Source: Selaginella moellendorffii (lineage: Eukaryota; Plantae; Lycopodiophyta). Taken from it: a stretch of DNA of 64,000 bases. Location: assembly GCF_000143415.4 (NCBI RefSeq), contig NW_003314316.1:1200666-1264665 (forward strand). The letters are read 5' to 3'. The notes under the pieces are model-generated. The model was not told the DNA's origin and did not search any database. It saw nothing but the letters and a program-made list of their open reading frames with translations. The position numbers and the translations under genes were made by a program. Shown here one piece after another: positions 45,646-59,900 of the stretch (the stretch's first letter is position 1; the number at the start of each line of letters is the position of its first letter).

Positions 45646-48600
45646 GGTCCCATCCGATGAACTCTTTGTTATTTTGGTCATGCCTTCGGGGATCCTTTAG
45701 CCTACGACACCTCGGCGAGTTGGTTCCTTACACTACTTTAGATGTCACCCAACTTACAAAAGTGTGTTATACCCATGTCTGTAGGGACATAGAGAGCCAT
45801 CCCAAAGAATGGCAAATCCTTCACCACCACCAGCAATCAAATAAAAATCTTAATGAGAATAATCAACTATCCCAATATAATAATCATTCATTGTCAATGA
45901 TTGCTATATGCAAATACTAACTTCAATATCGAAGCTAATGAGCCAAAAATGCTTTCCTTAACAACTTCTAACAAATAGAATAATGAGTATAAAATTCAAA
46001 GAACCAAAAGTTTGAAGAAGCCTATAGCCAAGTCTTGTTTAACAATGATCACGAGTCTCACATGAACTAACTTTAATATTAAAGAAAAAATCATGGTACA
46101 ACCCACAATATTCTTAGCATATCCAAAAGCCAAACTTTATAATGCAAAAGCTAATGAAAAGCATTTCTGCATCAATCTAAAAGCCAAGCACAACAAAGCT
46201 ATGCTCAACAAGTAACCATCAAACTAATCCTCCATGAATTCATCTTTTATAGTAAGATGTAACTCACTTCATAACAAGCATAAAAAAAATCACCAATGAT
46301 CGATATATCCCAACTCAAAGCCAACAAGGATTTAAACATGCCAATGTCAATCATTAACTTTTCCTCTTGTAAAGCTAACTTGCCACTCAATTCATTTGAA
46401 CGTCAATACAGTTGCTAACTAGCTAACGTACAAATGCTAATAACACAAAGCTATAGCCCAAGTATCAACACTATTTGCATTGAGACTAATGTAACTCAAT
46501 AGCAATACTATGGAGAGACATTTTGTTCTACTCAAATCCCAATATCAATAATATCAATGACAAAGAATCACTTTAATGCTATCAACACCATAACAAAGTT
46601 ACTAGAAAGCAAGAGTGAATCACCACTGAAAGCTTTTTAGCAACCAATCAAACTTTACTTAGTATTTGAAACTAACTCTTCAACAAATCTTAGTTACAAG
46701 TAACACATTATCAAGGAGTGATTCACCACATCTAAGACTCAATAAAATCCAACACCATAGACTAAACACAACTAAATTATATCGACAGAGGTAGAATTAA
46801 TATGCCATCATGGGAAAAACTATGTAAGCCTATGATACGATCCTCTGCAACACGATCTGGTAAAGCAAGCTTATCACTACTAAATCATCATCGAGTGAAG
46901 TAAGTATTAAAAGTCCTCGACAAAGTGTACAAGCAATCACTAGTTGCAATATGATCCTTTACAACACCATTTGATAAAGTAAACCTATCACTGCTAAATC
47001 ATCATCGAATAAAGCAAGTGTTAACAGTCCTCAATAAAGTCTATAAGTAATCATTAATTGCAAACCAATTAATAATCACTCTTTCAACTTGCCTTTATAA
47101 GACCTAAACACTAATCTTATATCATCAAGTCATATATTTGTCCAACATGATCATAATACCCCAAGTACAAGATAAAGGTTCATAGACAAACACAAACTAA
47201 ATGACCACTTAAATTTAATCGAATTGCAATAAGCTCACCAACACGTATAGCTAATAGTTTTGAACATGCCTTGAAAAGGTTAGTTATGCATGATCACACT
47301 TAGTTGAAACTAAAGTGAAGACTATGAGATAGACTCATTTTGGTACACAACCTCCTCATAAACAAAGCTATAGTACAGATATTAATATTTCAACCTCAAA
47401 CAACTAAGTTGGACATCACTATACTCAACCAAGGTGCAAGACTACCAAGACTAAGCTAGAATTATTGAGAGCTCACTACTTTCATAGAATTTAACAAAAT
47501 ACAAAGTGCAACCTACCACCAAACACAATGCTAAAGAAGAAAGGTATAAGGGTCGCCTTTCTTAGAAAAGCACAATGGCCACTTTCCTACACTAACTTCA
47601 AATTCTATCTAACTCAATTGGTTTAGGCCCAAAAGTCAACATCCCTTTTGGGCCACATAATACAAACTACCTACTAAAATTTAAGCCAACCAAAGTTAAC
47701 TTTAACCCTTTCACAAATTTGTAATGGCCTTTGAAAATAGAGTGGTTTTCAAACAAAATAATCAACAAATTAGCCATTGAAAAAGTTTAAGAAAATTTTG
47801 TGAAAATTTTTCTATCCTAGAAAAAGAATGACTCTTAGTCTAAGAATACAAACTTTCAAAACTTAATCAACTTCCTCCTACTAACAACTTCACATAGATT
47901 CATCTCAACACCAATTCTCATGATGTAATAATATGCTTAAGTATCAAATATCTTACCCATATTTTTTACATCTAACACTAACATCCGTAAAATGCAAATT
48001 GAATATCTAATATTTGATTACAAAGACCATATTTTCAGATATTTATACACTCTTCTTCAATCACCTTTAAGATCTAATGTGAAGCCAAAACAATAACAAA
48101 AAAAATAACATGAAAAATCAAGATCTAAGGAAAATTCCTTATCACTCGAAACTATAATACCACTTCCACTAACACAAATGTTAGCAATATCAATGCCTTA
48201 ATTATACACTTTCTCCATCCAATAGTTTACTCCAAATGTTAACAAATAAACCAACAAGCCATAACAAATGAATACTACAACTTTTTCCATCACCTTATGG
48301 GTAAACCCTCAAGGAAATAAGGTACCAACTTAAACTTAACATAATAGATCACTATTGAGAATCCAATCAAAGCTATTACAATGTTATTATGTGCAAGTAG
48401 ATTAGCTTCACTATCAACCACTTTGGGATTGATCATCGTTTAACCAAGCAATTTTGTAAACACACTATTCACTATCATATGGATATGATATAAGTATCAC
48501 AATGACTTAATCATCAATTGAGCAACACCACGAGCAACGCCCATGTCACTATTACAAAAATTTACGTGAGTATCATATGCTAACTCTATTTGACAAAATA

Positions 48601-50839
48601 TAATATAAATGCCACACCCCACTAATAGAGATTTACAACACTGAATACCACCAATTTTGTTCATAATATAGACAAGTACATGCCACTCTTTTTTACTAAA
48701 CTCAAAACTAATCCAATACCAAGCTACTCAAAGAGCAATAGCAAGGTTCTCTATAAATAATTGAGCATTGTAACCCAAATCTTCAATAGCAAGCCTAGAC
48801 AAAATGGTTTAGCACTTTACGGCTATCCATCCCATAATTCACCATTTGTAAAACCATCATTTCCAATATGCATCAAGGTAGGGACTTTTGATTGCATGAT
48901 GTGAATACAAATAATGAGTCAAACCTTGCTATAAATTGTCTCTCCAAGAAGAGAAAATGATTTACGTGTCTAATCCTTCATCCTTGATGACTCTCTTTTC
49001 GATCTCATCTTTCACCAAATCTTAAACTTACATTCGTATTGCCTTCAGTCCAATCCCAGAAAAGTTTATGAGAGAACGCGGCAATGACTACTTGAACCAA
49101 TAGACTAATCTTTACAGTCTTAATTGATCCACTTTTAATCATGTCTAAGAAGGATCTACTAGTGCCGTGCTAAACAGTTATGGACTAGCTTATTTGCCAC
49201 TCATAGTAAACTCAAGGGAAGTTTATTTTTACCCATGGTATATGGTTCAACTTATGGTAATGACTAATAGGTTAACATTAATCCTGCCAACTTAAAGTAT
49301 AACTTTGAGTTGCTAATGTGCCTCACTTATGAGCCCAAGGGCAAATTCGTGCAAAATGGTACACCTCAAATCCATCTTGTCAACTCAAAATATAACCTTG
49401 AGTTGCTAATATCCCTCACTCATGAGCCCAAGCACAAATTCGTGCAATTAGAACATCTCATTCCATCTTATAAGCCCAAGAGCAAGCTCACATAATATGG
49501 GATAAAAAGGTAACTAAATCCATACCTAAAGAATAAATACAAAGCCTTAGCACCCAAATGTGTATTTACTCGGATCATCATTTTCATCTCTACATATGCA
49601 ATGAGACTAGTTGCCCAATCTCTACTCACTGAGACTCACTCTCTGATACCAAATGTAATGCATGTGGTTTTCACCCTTTATCCTATGGATAGGATAACGA
49701 CAAAGAAGAACCTAAACCCTTCATATGCTATGTGTCACATGCCACATGTCCCAAGGATAGCAGAGTGGAACCCAAGTTTTAGGGCTTTGGGCTACCGAAC
49801 AAATGAACGAAGGAATGTAGCTAAACTCCTAAGCATGGAGCCAAGGAACAAAGGTATTAAAGAATGGAGCAACTCCTGAGCGTACAACCCAAGGAGCAAA
49901 GGGACAAGAGCATGGAACAACTTGGAATAATCCTAGAGCATCTAACATCCCAATGCTATAACCAACACACAAAATGGAGCCAAATAAAGTTTGGCGCTAT
50001 TTTCGTATACTAGTGGCTTAACGTGAGGATAAGTACTCCACCAGCTAGCATGGTGTGGAACTTGGGATTAGACCCAAGCCAGACACAGAACAAGGATAGG
50101 TATGCAAGTGGGAGCTAAATTATGCCTCAGGTTAGTCAGCCATACCTAACCTACCCACCATCCCTATTATACATTTGAAATCCCCCATAACCCCCTGCCC
50201 CCTCTCGAGGAACACATGCTTTAGGCTTTCACCCGTAGCCACCCTTAGTACTAGGAGTTAGTCTTTAGCACAACTAGAAACTTACTAAATATGGAATGTC
50301 CCTAGATTGTGAATTTAGACACGGGACGAACACCATTGTGTCAGGATAATCTCTACATTCCATAAATATGCCAAATTAGCAAATCTAAATACCTTCCATA
50401 AATAGCATTTAGGACTGAAATGAGACTAACACAAAGGGCATGATAGTAAAGGTGTTTGGCAAACACAGTAAACTATCATCCAACAATATTGAGGGACTAA
50501 TTCCAATACGTGAGGGTTATTATTAAGCCAGTGCAAGATAAAGCAAAAGAGAACTAAAAGCAAGGCTGAGTATGCTCAACAAGAAATACATAGGAGTTCC
50601 TACCTTATGTTCATTTGGCTAAGTATAGGTGCTAAGCTTAGTTTACTAACACTTGAACAAGAGGGACTGATAAAGCATTTAGCAATACTAATTGTTGTAG
50701 TAAGGAAAGAGTATCTGAAAAGACTAGCCGACAAGCAACTTTTGATATCTGAAACTACATTCACAACACTAAAATTGTTCTAACATCACTTTATACTTCC
50801 GTTCCTTACCTTTTTAAGTTGTATGGTTGGGAGTTACTT

Positions 50840-51212
50840 TGTGCTCTTGCTTCTTCAAAGCTAAAGGCTCAAGAGTTATACCATGCTTTAGTTCCTTCAT
50901 TCCTTGGTTGTATGCTTAGAAGTTTAGCTTTGTACTTTCATTTAGTAGCCCAAGGCCCTTACATTTGGGTTTCACTCTACTGCCCTTGCCTTATATATCC
51001 AAGGGTTTGGTTCTACTCCATAATTATTCTATGGTAAATCACCATAGGGTAAAGGGTGAAAAACACATATACTACATTAGGTTTTAGAGAATGAGTCTTA
51101 GCAAGTACTATCTAATGAGATTGGGCAATTGAGAAACTAATCTTGTTGCATATACAGAGATGAAAATGATGATCCAAATGGATACACATTTGGTTGCTAT
51201 GACTTTACATGC
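50840..51212 (+). mobile_element. Family A LTR 3' part + degenerate PBS + start of interior
   Basis: ...GGGTGAAAAACACATATACTACA (ends 51076), then TTAGGTTTTAGAG and sequence matching 34227-34320. Confidence 0.7.
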
Positions 51213-52720
51213 ATCCCTAAGGCAACCTTCTCCAACATCTCCTTGACATTCGTGCATAAAATTTTGATCTCCTTTGGTGATCAATGGACATGCATCCTTA
51301 GTTGGAATAGGATGACATATTGCAATCTTAGCTCTAGATGATAAGTCAAATTTAAAAAAATTAGCATACTCTTTCATGAGCCAGTTAACTGTTGTAACAC
51401 AAAGACTGTTGGATGGATTTGAAGAGGGAATAGAAGAGCAAGACAGAAATATAGGAGAAAGAAATGGGAAGACAAAAGTGATGGAAGTAAAAGTAAAAAT
51501 AAAAGGACAAAGAGAAACAAAAGCGAGAGGAATGGAAGAAATATAAGGAAGTATAAGACAAAGGGGAGAAGTCTCAAAGTCATATTTGGCATGATTAAGC
51601 CACAATCAATCCATACCAAAGATGAGGTCAAAAACTTGACTTAACACCACCTTTAACAATTGAAGCTCAAGGTCGAGATTGCCCATATATAGAACTAGGT
51701 GTACCTCATCCTATGCATATACATATGTATGGCTGTTGTATAAATAATAAAAACTAATGTTGCCTTATGACACAAATATAGATAGCAATAAGTCGAGCAG
51801 TAGAAGATAAACTTGAGCCTATATCAACCAAATAATAAAAGACCTATTATTATGAAATCGAGCTTAGAAAGTAAACACTTGATAAACTAGTGCTGGTAAA
51901 CCCCTTGATGATACTCCCAATAGAAGAATAAAAGGGTCATTGACTTATTCACACAAGGACCCTCCACTACTCACGTGACTCCTTGTTTCTTGGAAGAATC
52001 TTGGTGTTCAGACCTTCTATTGTAGCAACACTAATAGGTTGTTGCTAATGCCAAGGCCACTACATAGGAAATAGATGACGCTATTTTAGAAAACACTAAC
52101 AACACCAATACATGTAGCCAATCTCATCACATGCCCAGCAGTAGACATCATAGCCACAACCATGTCCTTGCCCTTGTCCTTGAACATAAATAGCAGTAAC
52201 ATCAACCTCCATCAAAACAAAACCATCTCCCACAAGAAGTGGAGTTGAATGATGTACAATGAGAAGTGGAAGAAGTGATATATTATAACATTATGTTAGT
52301 CAAAGAGCATCGTTAAGGGTGGTTGGAGCAAGTGCATACACAAATCTTATAAGATTTTGACAAAGTGCTAGCCACAACATTTTTAACTTGATCTGCTTTG
52401 ACATATTTGGCTCCACACAAAGCAAGAGGCTCTGAAATTGAATGCTAAATTGCATCACTAACTCAGATGGCCCTTAAAGATAATGCAATTGTTAGAAGGT
52501 CATGACAGTTATCAACATGTTTAAATATGCATTTAAAGATGTTTGGGAAAATGCTCCAATCCATATAAGTGGCTAGACTTAAACCATTGTACCACTACAA
52601 TGCCATTCTTTAGAGCATGTGGGAAACTCATACAAATGCCAAGCATCATCCCAAGAATAATAGGTAGCAATCACTATAAAATGATTGAACTAATAGTATA
52701 TATCATCCCTAAGATTCCCA
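51213..52720 (-). pseudogene. Ancient Gypsy gag-protease-RT remnant
   Basis: Minus-strand relics WYNGL...FVYALAPTTLNDAL (gag), CWACDEIGY (knuckle), LVDIGSS and FDLIFGMD (protease), HPIPTKDACP (RT start). Confidence 0.6.
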
Positions 52721-53384
52721 CGAAAGAACTTTAGTTAAACATAAAGATTAATAGCAAGAGTAAGAGGAGTTCTACCATGTGCCTTGAATGCCACTATCAT
52801 TTGAGTATGATTGTTCAATTGCAACCACATAGCATTGAGCAACTACACTAACTGCTGCTTTAGAGTCAAAAGAGGTGGAGATTGCTACTTTGCCATAAAG
52901 ATGAACAAAAAGGAGAAAAAGCAAAAGAGAAAAAAATAAAAGAGCTACAAGGAAAGTGAGATTTAGACAATGCAAAAGCTAAAATTAAACCAAAATCCTA
53001 AATCCAAGCAATCCTTATGGACAATCAAAAGTGCCCTCTCTTCCACTATTGTGAATGCATGGAATATAGAAAGGAATATAAAAATGTGCATATCGGAGTG
53101 AGTGGTCCAGATTGAAATTAATCCAACGGCTATAACACTAATATTAGTATATAGCCATTAATATCATTATATAGCATTATACTCACCCTACTTTATAAGG
53201 GCTATAAAAATTAATGCAATCCATCCATTAGCTGAGGTTTAGGGTTTTATTTTGCCTAGAAGTCCTTAACCTATAATACACAAATCCCTAAGTTCTAAAA
53301 TAGAGTCAAAAGTGTACTATATAGTAGTAACTAAAAAATAACAACTATAACATGTTTGGACTAAAAGTGTGCCATTTATAATAT

Positions 53385-53871
53385 TTAAAAGTATCATTGA
53401 TATATCAACCTCTCACTTATGCCATGTTTATTCTTGTTGTCCTATAAGTAGTCTAAAACCACTCATACTATAGATTTGTTTTGATATGGGGTAACATTAT
53501 TCTCCAATATGCCTTCTTTGATCCTCACTAAATCTTTCACTCTAGCTTTTGGACTCTTTAATGCTTATATTATCACCCACCATCATGACACTTACTATAT
53601 ATTAGTCAAGCTCTTGAATTTGGACGTCCTGGGAGGTCACCCAACCCAGTACTATTCAAACCCAAGGACGCTTAACCTCAAATATCTCAAGACCCTTAAC
53701 CGATTAAAAAAGGGGGTGCACTCTTGTTTAATGGATGTTTAATCCACTCATGTAATGGATGGTTTAATTTTAGAAACTAAATCTATAGTATGAGTGGTTT
53801 TGGACTACTTATAAGACAATAAAAATAAACATGGCATAAGCAAGAGGTTGATATATTAATGATACCTTTAA
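53385..53871. repeat. Foldback/MITE-like element with ~95-bp inverted arms enclosing a Cassandra 5S LTR fragment (~53607-53722)
   Basis: Arm ~53385-53478 is the imperfect reverse complement of ~53779-53871. Confidence 0.7.
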
Positions 53872-53904
53872 GTATTTAAAATAAAACTTGGACACATAGA
53901 GTAT

Positions 53905-56900
53905 TGTAGCATATATGGCTTTCACCCTTTACCCTAAAGTGGTTTACCATAGGACAACTATGGAGCGGAACTTTAACCCTCCACATACCACATGCCACAT
54001 GCCATATGTCCAAGAGTAGCGGAATAGAACCTAAGTTTCAAGGCCTTAGGCCACTAAATGATGAGGTGGAGCCAAACTCCTAAGTATGAAGCCAAGGAGT
54101 GAAGGAAGTGGAGCATAGAATGATTTTCAAGTGTACAACCCAAGAAGCAAAGGGACAGGAGCATAGAGTGACTTAGGATAATCTTAGAGCTTCCAACATC
54201 CTAATGCTAGAACCAGCACATAAAATAATGCCAAATAGAGTTTGGCACTATTTCAATATATTGGTGGCCTAACGCAGGGACATAAGTACTCCACTAGCTA
54301 GCATGGTATAGAACATGGGCTTACATCCAAGCCATATGTAAAACAAGGACAAACATACAAATGAACTTGATTATCTTTTAGGTTGGTTGGCCATACTTCA
54401 CCTACCCACTATCCTTACTAGTACACATAGTATATATTTGGAACCCCCCATAGCATCTGCCCCCCCCCCCCCCCCCCCCCATCCATAAGGAACATATACT
54501 TTGGCTTTCACCCCAGTTTCAGGAATTAGTTTTTATAACAATCACAAAAACTTACTAAATATGGAATGGTGATAGATTGTGAATTTGAACACAAGAACAA
54601 CACTATTCTATTGTATTCAAGAAAATATTTATATTCCATAGATATGCTAAATTAGCATATTTAGACACTTTCCATAAATAGCTAATGGGACTAAATAGAA
54701 CCACATAGGGAAATAATAGTGAGAGTGTCCTCATAAACATGGTAAGCTACCACTTAGTGAATATTAAGGGACCAAACTCAATAGGGTTCCAAACACTAGC
54801 AAATGTAAGCTAGCAAATAAGTTTCTTTAACCAGATCAAGTATGTTTAACTAATAACACTTAAGAAATTCTGTCCTTATGCTCTTTTGGCTAAGTGCACA
54901 AGCAAAGACTAGTTTCTCAACTAGCTTGGGTGGAAATTGAAAAAGGGTCTGACAATACTGACCTCCTGCCGTTATAGCAGTAAGGAAAGAATATCTGAAA
55001 GGACTCACTAATAGGTAATTTTTTATATCCACAGTCATATTTGGAACACTCTACCCCCATTAGGAGAGATTGACGTCCTCATCAATACATACTTTAGTTT
55101 AGACCACCACTAAGGAAATAGCTCTAGAAAAAGTTTACAATGTTTATATTTTGTGAGAAATACACTGACTTAAATGAGTTAGGGGATAACCTCTTTATCT
55201 AAAGCAAATGCACTACACTCAAACACTTTCTAGCCATCATCAACAAAAAAATGACTAATGAAATCAACCATCTTTGTTACTTAGGTATCACCTAGTTTAC
55301 AAAAGATGATATGCTTTTACTAGTAGGTGGTATAAAGAGAGAAGTTAGAGGCCTCAACCCTCATGAGCAAAGAAACAAAACTTGTCAGTAAAGTTTAGAT
55401 AGACTACTGTAAATAGGTAGTTAAAGTTGTTTATACGATCATGCCCTTTTAATGGAATAAAAAACATTAAGAGAGAGGCGTCAGTAGTAGTTTCCCTATA
55501 ATTAGAGATTTCACCATTGTATACAGTGCTAAAGCCAATCTACCTATACTGACCCAAACTCAAAGATCAAGAGATAAACAATATCAAAATCAGATACAAT
55601 GATATCTTAGAGACTAAAGTATTAGTAAATAAATTTTAGATTAGAACACAAAAGTATTTTAATGAAGTTTTCATCCAATAAACCAAAATTAGAGTATAGG
55701 AACAACCAAGATCATTAAAATCATAGGATTTACCATTCAATAGCAAATATATTATCACAAAAACTCAATGATAAATTTTATCTACCAAAGATTATAGATA
55801 ATATGTTAAATAATTTACAAAAGATAACTCAAAGAACATAAAATATCATCAATTGGTAAACAAAATGCTTATCATTTAAAGGAAATAACATCCAAATTTA
55901 GTATAACCAACTTAAGAAATAATCAACAAAACAAAATGAATACTACAACACCAATAAATACTCATTCATACCAACTATTATATTAGCAAATCTGAATAGA
56001 TTTAGGTTAACAACACTAAGGAACTCAAACTGCCTAAGTAAATGTTAATAATATTCTACTGATATCTCAAACCCAAGAGATGAATCTAAAGCAAACCACA
56101 AATAATATATAGTAGTGCAAAAAATTAAAAGTTATCAAAGAGAATAATTAACTATCATGAAATATCATCAATCATCCCATCAATAAAAAGATGTATAATT
56201 ATTTTCGAAGAAAGAATCCACCATACCAAAGAGCGGCAAATCATTTTACATTAACAATAATCAAGAAAAACACTTAATAAGGATAATTAACTATTCTAGA
56301 TGATAGTCAATCATCGCCAATTATTCAAAACTAATAAACCAAAATGCCTTCCTCAACAACTTCAAACAAATGGAACAATGGGTATTAAAACTCAAGGAAC
56401 CAAAAGCTTCAAGAAGCCTATAGCCAAATCTTATCTAACATTAATCACAAATCTTAAATGAACTAATGCTAATATTAAAGAAAAACTTATAGTACAACCC
56501 ACAATATCCTCCTTAACACATCCAAAAACTAAACTTCATAATACTAAAGTTAATGAAGAGCTTTTCTACATCAATCCAAAAGTTAAGTACAAAAAAGTTA
56601 TGCTCAATAAGTGATCACCAAATAATCTTCCATGAATTCATCTTCTATACTACAACGTAACTCACTTCATAATAAATGCAATAAAAATCATTAATGACCT
56701 ATCTCAACATAAATCCAATAAAGATTCAATCACTCTAATATCGATCATTAGCTTTTTCTTTTGTAAAACTAATATAGTCCATAATTAAATCACTTTTCAA
56801 GAAAACACAAAAACTCAACCCTTACTAAGTAGTCTCATCTAAAATAAAACTAACTCAAACTTGCCATTCAACTCGTTTAAACACTAACATAGTTGCTAAC

Positions 56901-59900
56901 TAGTAAAATGCACGAATGCGAATGACATAAAGGTACAACCAACTATCAACACCACCTTTATTGAGATTAGACAAATAAAATAACATTAATAATCTCAACA
57001 ATCTCAACTTTAATAATGTTAACGATAGAGCATTACTTCAATGCCATTAACACCATAATAAAGTTAGAAGAAAACAAGAGTGAATCACCATTCAAAACTC
57101 TCTAACAACCAAGCTAACCAAAGTCGAAGATACTTTATTTAGTATCCAAAGCCAAACTTTCAATGATACTTAATTACAAATAACATATAATTAAAGAGTG
57201 AATTACCACATCCAAAACATAATGAAATTTAATACCAAGGAATAAATACAACTAAATGATATGCTAGAGGAAAAATTGATATGCCAACATGGAAAAACCA
57301 TATAAGATTTAGAACACAATCTTCCGAAACACCATCTAGTAAAGTAAGTTTATCATTGCTACAAGCAAAGCAAGTGTCAAAAGTCCTCAACGAAGTTTAC
57401 AAGCAATCACTAATTGTAAAGCAACCAATAATATCTTTTCAATTTGCATTCACAAGACCCAAATACTAAACTTATGTCATTGTTTTATACTTGTCCAAAA
57501 AGAAGGTAACACTCCAGATACAATATTAAGCTTTATAGACAAGCACAAATTAAATAACCACTCGAATCTAAATGAATCGCAATAAGTTCACTAACACGTC
57601 TAGCTAAGATCATGTTTTGAAGCAGCTAGTTCTGCATAATTAACATTTAGCCAAAACTAAAGCGAAGACCATAAGATGGACTCATATAGGTATAAAAACT
57701 TCTAATAAACAAGACTATAATACAGGTAATAACACTTTAATTGCAAACAACCAGGTTAAACATCACTATCATCAATTAAGGCATAAAGCTACTAAGACTA
57801 AATTAAGATCAATGAGAGCTCACTACTCTCATAAAGTCCAACAAAATGCAAAGTGCAACTTGCCACCAAGTATAATACTACATAACAACAATAGAAAAGT
57901 CACTTTTCTATAAAAGTGTATCAGCCATTTTTCTATACCATCTCCAAACTTTATTTAACTTAATTGCTTTAACCCTAAAAAGGAAGTTTCTTTTTCAACT
58001 ACATCTTACAAATTATTTACTAAAGTTTAAACTAACCAAAGTCAACTCCAACCACTTCACTAATTTGCACTAACTTATGAAAATAAAATGGTTTTCAGGC
58101 AAAGTGATTAATAGATCAACCATTGAAAATACCTAAGAAAATTTGTGAAAAATTTTCTATCCTAGAGCTTAGTATAAGAATGTAAATTCTTAAAACTTAA
58201 CCAACTTCCTTCTACCCACATGTTCATATAGATTCACCTCAACATAAATTCTTATGACTCAAAAATATGCTTAAACATCAAACAATATGACTATATTTTT
58301 TACATCTAGTATTGACATTCGCAAAATGCAAAATAAGCATCCAAGACTCAATCATATCTTTAGATATCTATATTGCACTAACACTCTTCTTCAATCATTT
58401 TCAAGGTCTATTATAAATCTAAAACACTACATGGAAAGTCAAGCTCTAAGAAAAGTTCCTCATCATTCAATATAACAATATCATCTCTATTAACACAAGC
58501 GCTAACAAAATTAATGCCTCAACTATATACCTTCTCCATCCAACAATCTATTCCAAGTGCTAACAAATTCACTAAATTATAGCAAATGAATGTTACAAGT
58601 TTTCAATAACCTTAATGGGTAAACTTTCAAAGAACTAAGGTACCATCACTAGCTTAGCATAATGGATTATTTTAAAAGAATCTAGTCAAAGCTACTATAA
58701 TGCTACTATGTGCAAGTAAACTAGCATCATTATTAACCACTTTGGGGTTGATCATTATTTATCCAAATAACTTTGTAAACACATTACTTACAATCACTAA
58801 GATATGATATAAAAATCATAATGACTTGATTATTAATCAAGCAACACTATAAGCAACATGTATATCACTACTATAAAAATTTATGTAAGTATCAAATGCC
58901 AACTCAATTCGACAAACTCAAAACTACCAAGCTACTCAATGAATAATAACAAGGTTTCTGGGAAAAGAATTGAGTATTGCAACCTAAATTTTCCAATAGC
59001 AAGCCTAAGCAAAATGGTTTAACATTTCACCACTATTCATCATATGACTCACCACTTATAAGGTGATTATAGCCAACATGCATCAAAGTAGGGACTCCAA
59101 TTTCATGACGTAAACATAAGCAATGAGTCACACTTCATTGCCAAATCATTCCTCAAAGAAAAAAAGATGATTTTCATAATTGATTCTTTGTTCTTGATAA
59201 CTCTTTTTTTTGTCTCAACTTGATTAAATCTCAAGTTTGTGTGCATACTGCTTTCAGTCCAATCCAAGAAAAATTTATGAAAGAGCATGGTAATAATTAC
59301 TTAAACCAATAGACTAATCCTTATAGTTTTGATTGATCCATACATAATCATGCCTAAGGAAGATCCACTAATGCTATGCTAAATAGCTATAGACCAGCTT
59401 ATTTGCCACTCATAGCAAATTTAGGGGAGGTTTACTTTTACCCACGATAACATGGAACCACTTATAGTAACCACCAATAAGTTAATATTAATTCTGCCAA
59501 CTCAAAGTGTAATCTTGAGTTGCTAATGTGCCTCACTTATGAACCCAAGTGCAAACTCGTGTAAAAGGAATATCTCATGTCCATCTTATGAGCCCAAAAG
59601 CAAGCTCACACAATATGGTACAAAAATGTAATCAAAATCCATATCCAAATAATGAATATGAAATAGCACCCAAACATATACCCACTTAGACTATCATTTT
59701 TATCTCTACATATGCAACAAAACTAATTGCCCAATCTCATTGAATAATGCTTGCTAAGACTCATTCTCTGATACCAAATGTAGCACATATGGTTTTCACC
59801 TTTTACTCTATAGTGGTTTACTATAGGACAATAATAGAGTGAAACCTTAACCCTCCACATATGATATGCCACATACCATATGTCCAAGGGTGAGGGAGCA

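Larger units (their letters stand above)
38878..45732 (-). mobile_element. Ty3/Gypsy chromovirus C (Galadriel-like), decayed; 3' LTR 38878-40016, partial 5' LTR ~45065-45732
   Basis: gag KPKPPLVFKG...WFYDMKDYF and CYNCGEAGHFSREC; LIDTGAS; RT MPEELPAGLPP...YIDD; INT; chromodomain EEYEVEAILN; many stops; U5, PBS and gag start deleted; no TSD seen. Clade assignment from remembered motifs. Confidence 0.85.
38010..50768 (-). mobile_element. Family A copy 2: 5' LTR 49654-50768, PBS 49641-49651; hosts element C; rearranged 3' interior
   Basis: CTCTGATACCA next to the LTR; interior collinear with copy 3. Confidence 0.75.

Noticed and set aside
39657-45700. CRISPR-like array, or Ser/Glu-rich proteins (ORFs 39657-39984, 44858-45700, 45262-45681)
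   Set aside because: These are spacer-less 6/12-bp minisatellites inside LTRs; the ORFs are a by-product of the periodicity.
46845-49480. ~100-115-bp tandem duplications in family A copy 2 (46845-47065, 49290-49480)
   Set aside because: Copy-specific duplications absent from the other copies; no sign of function.
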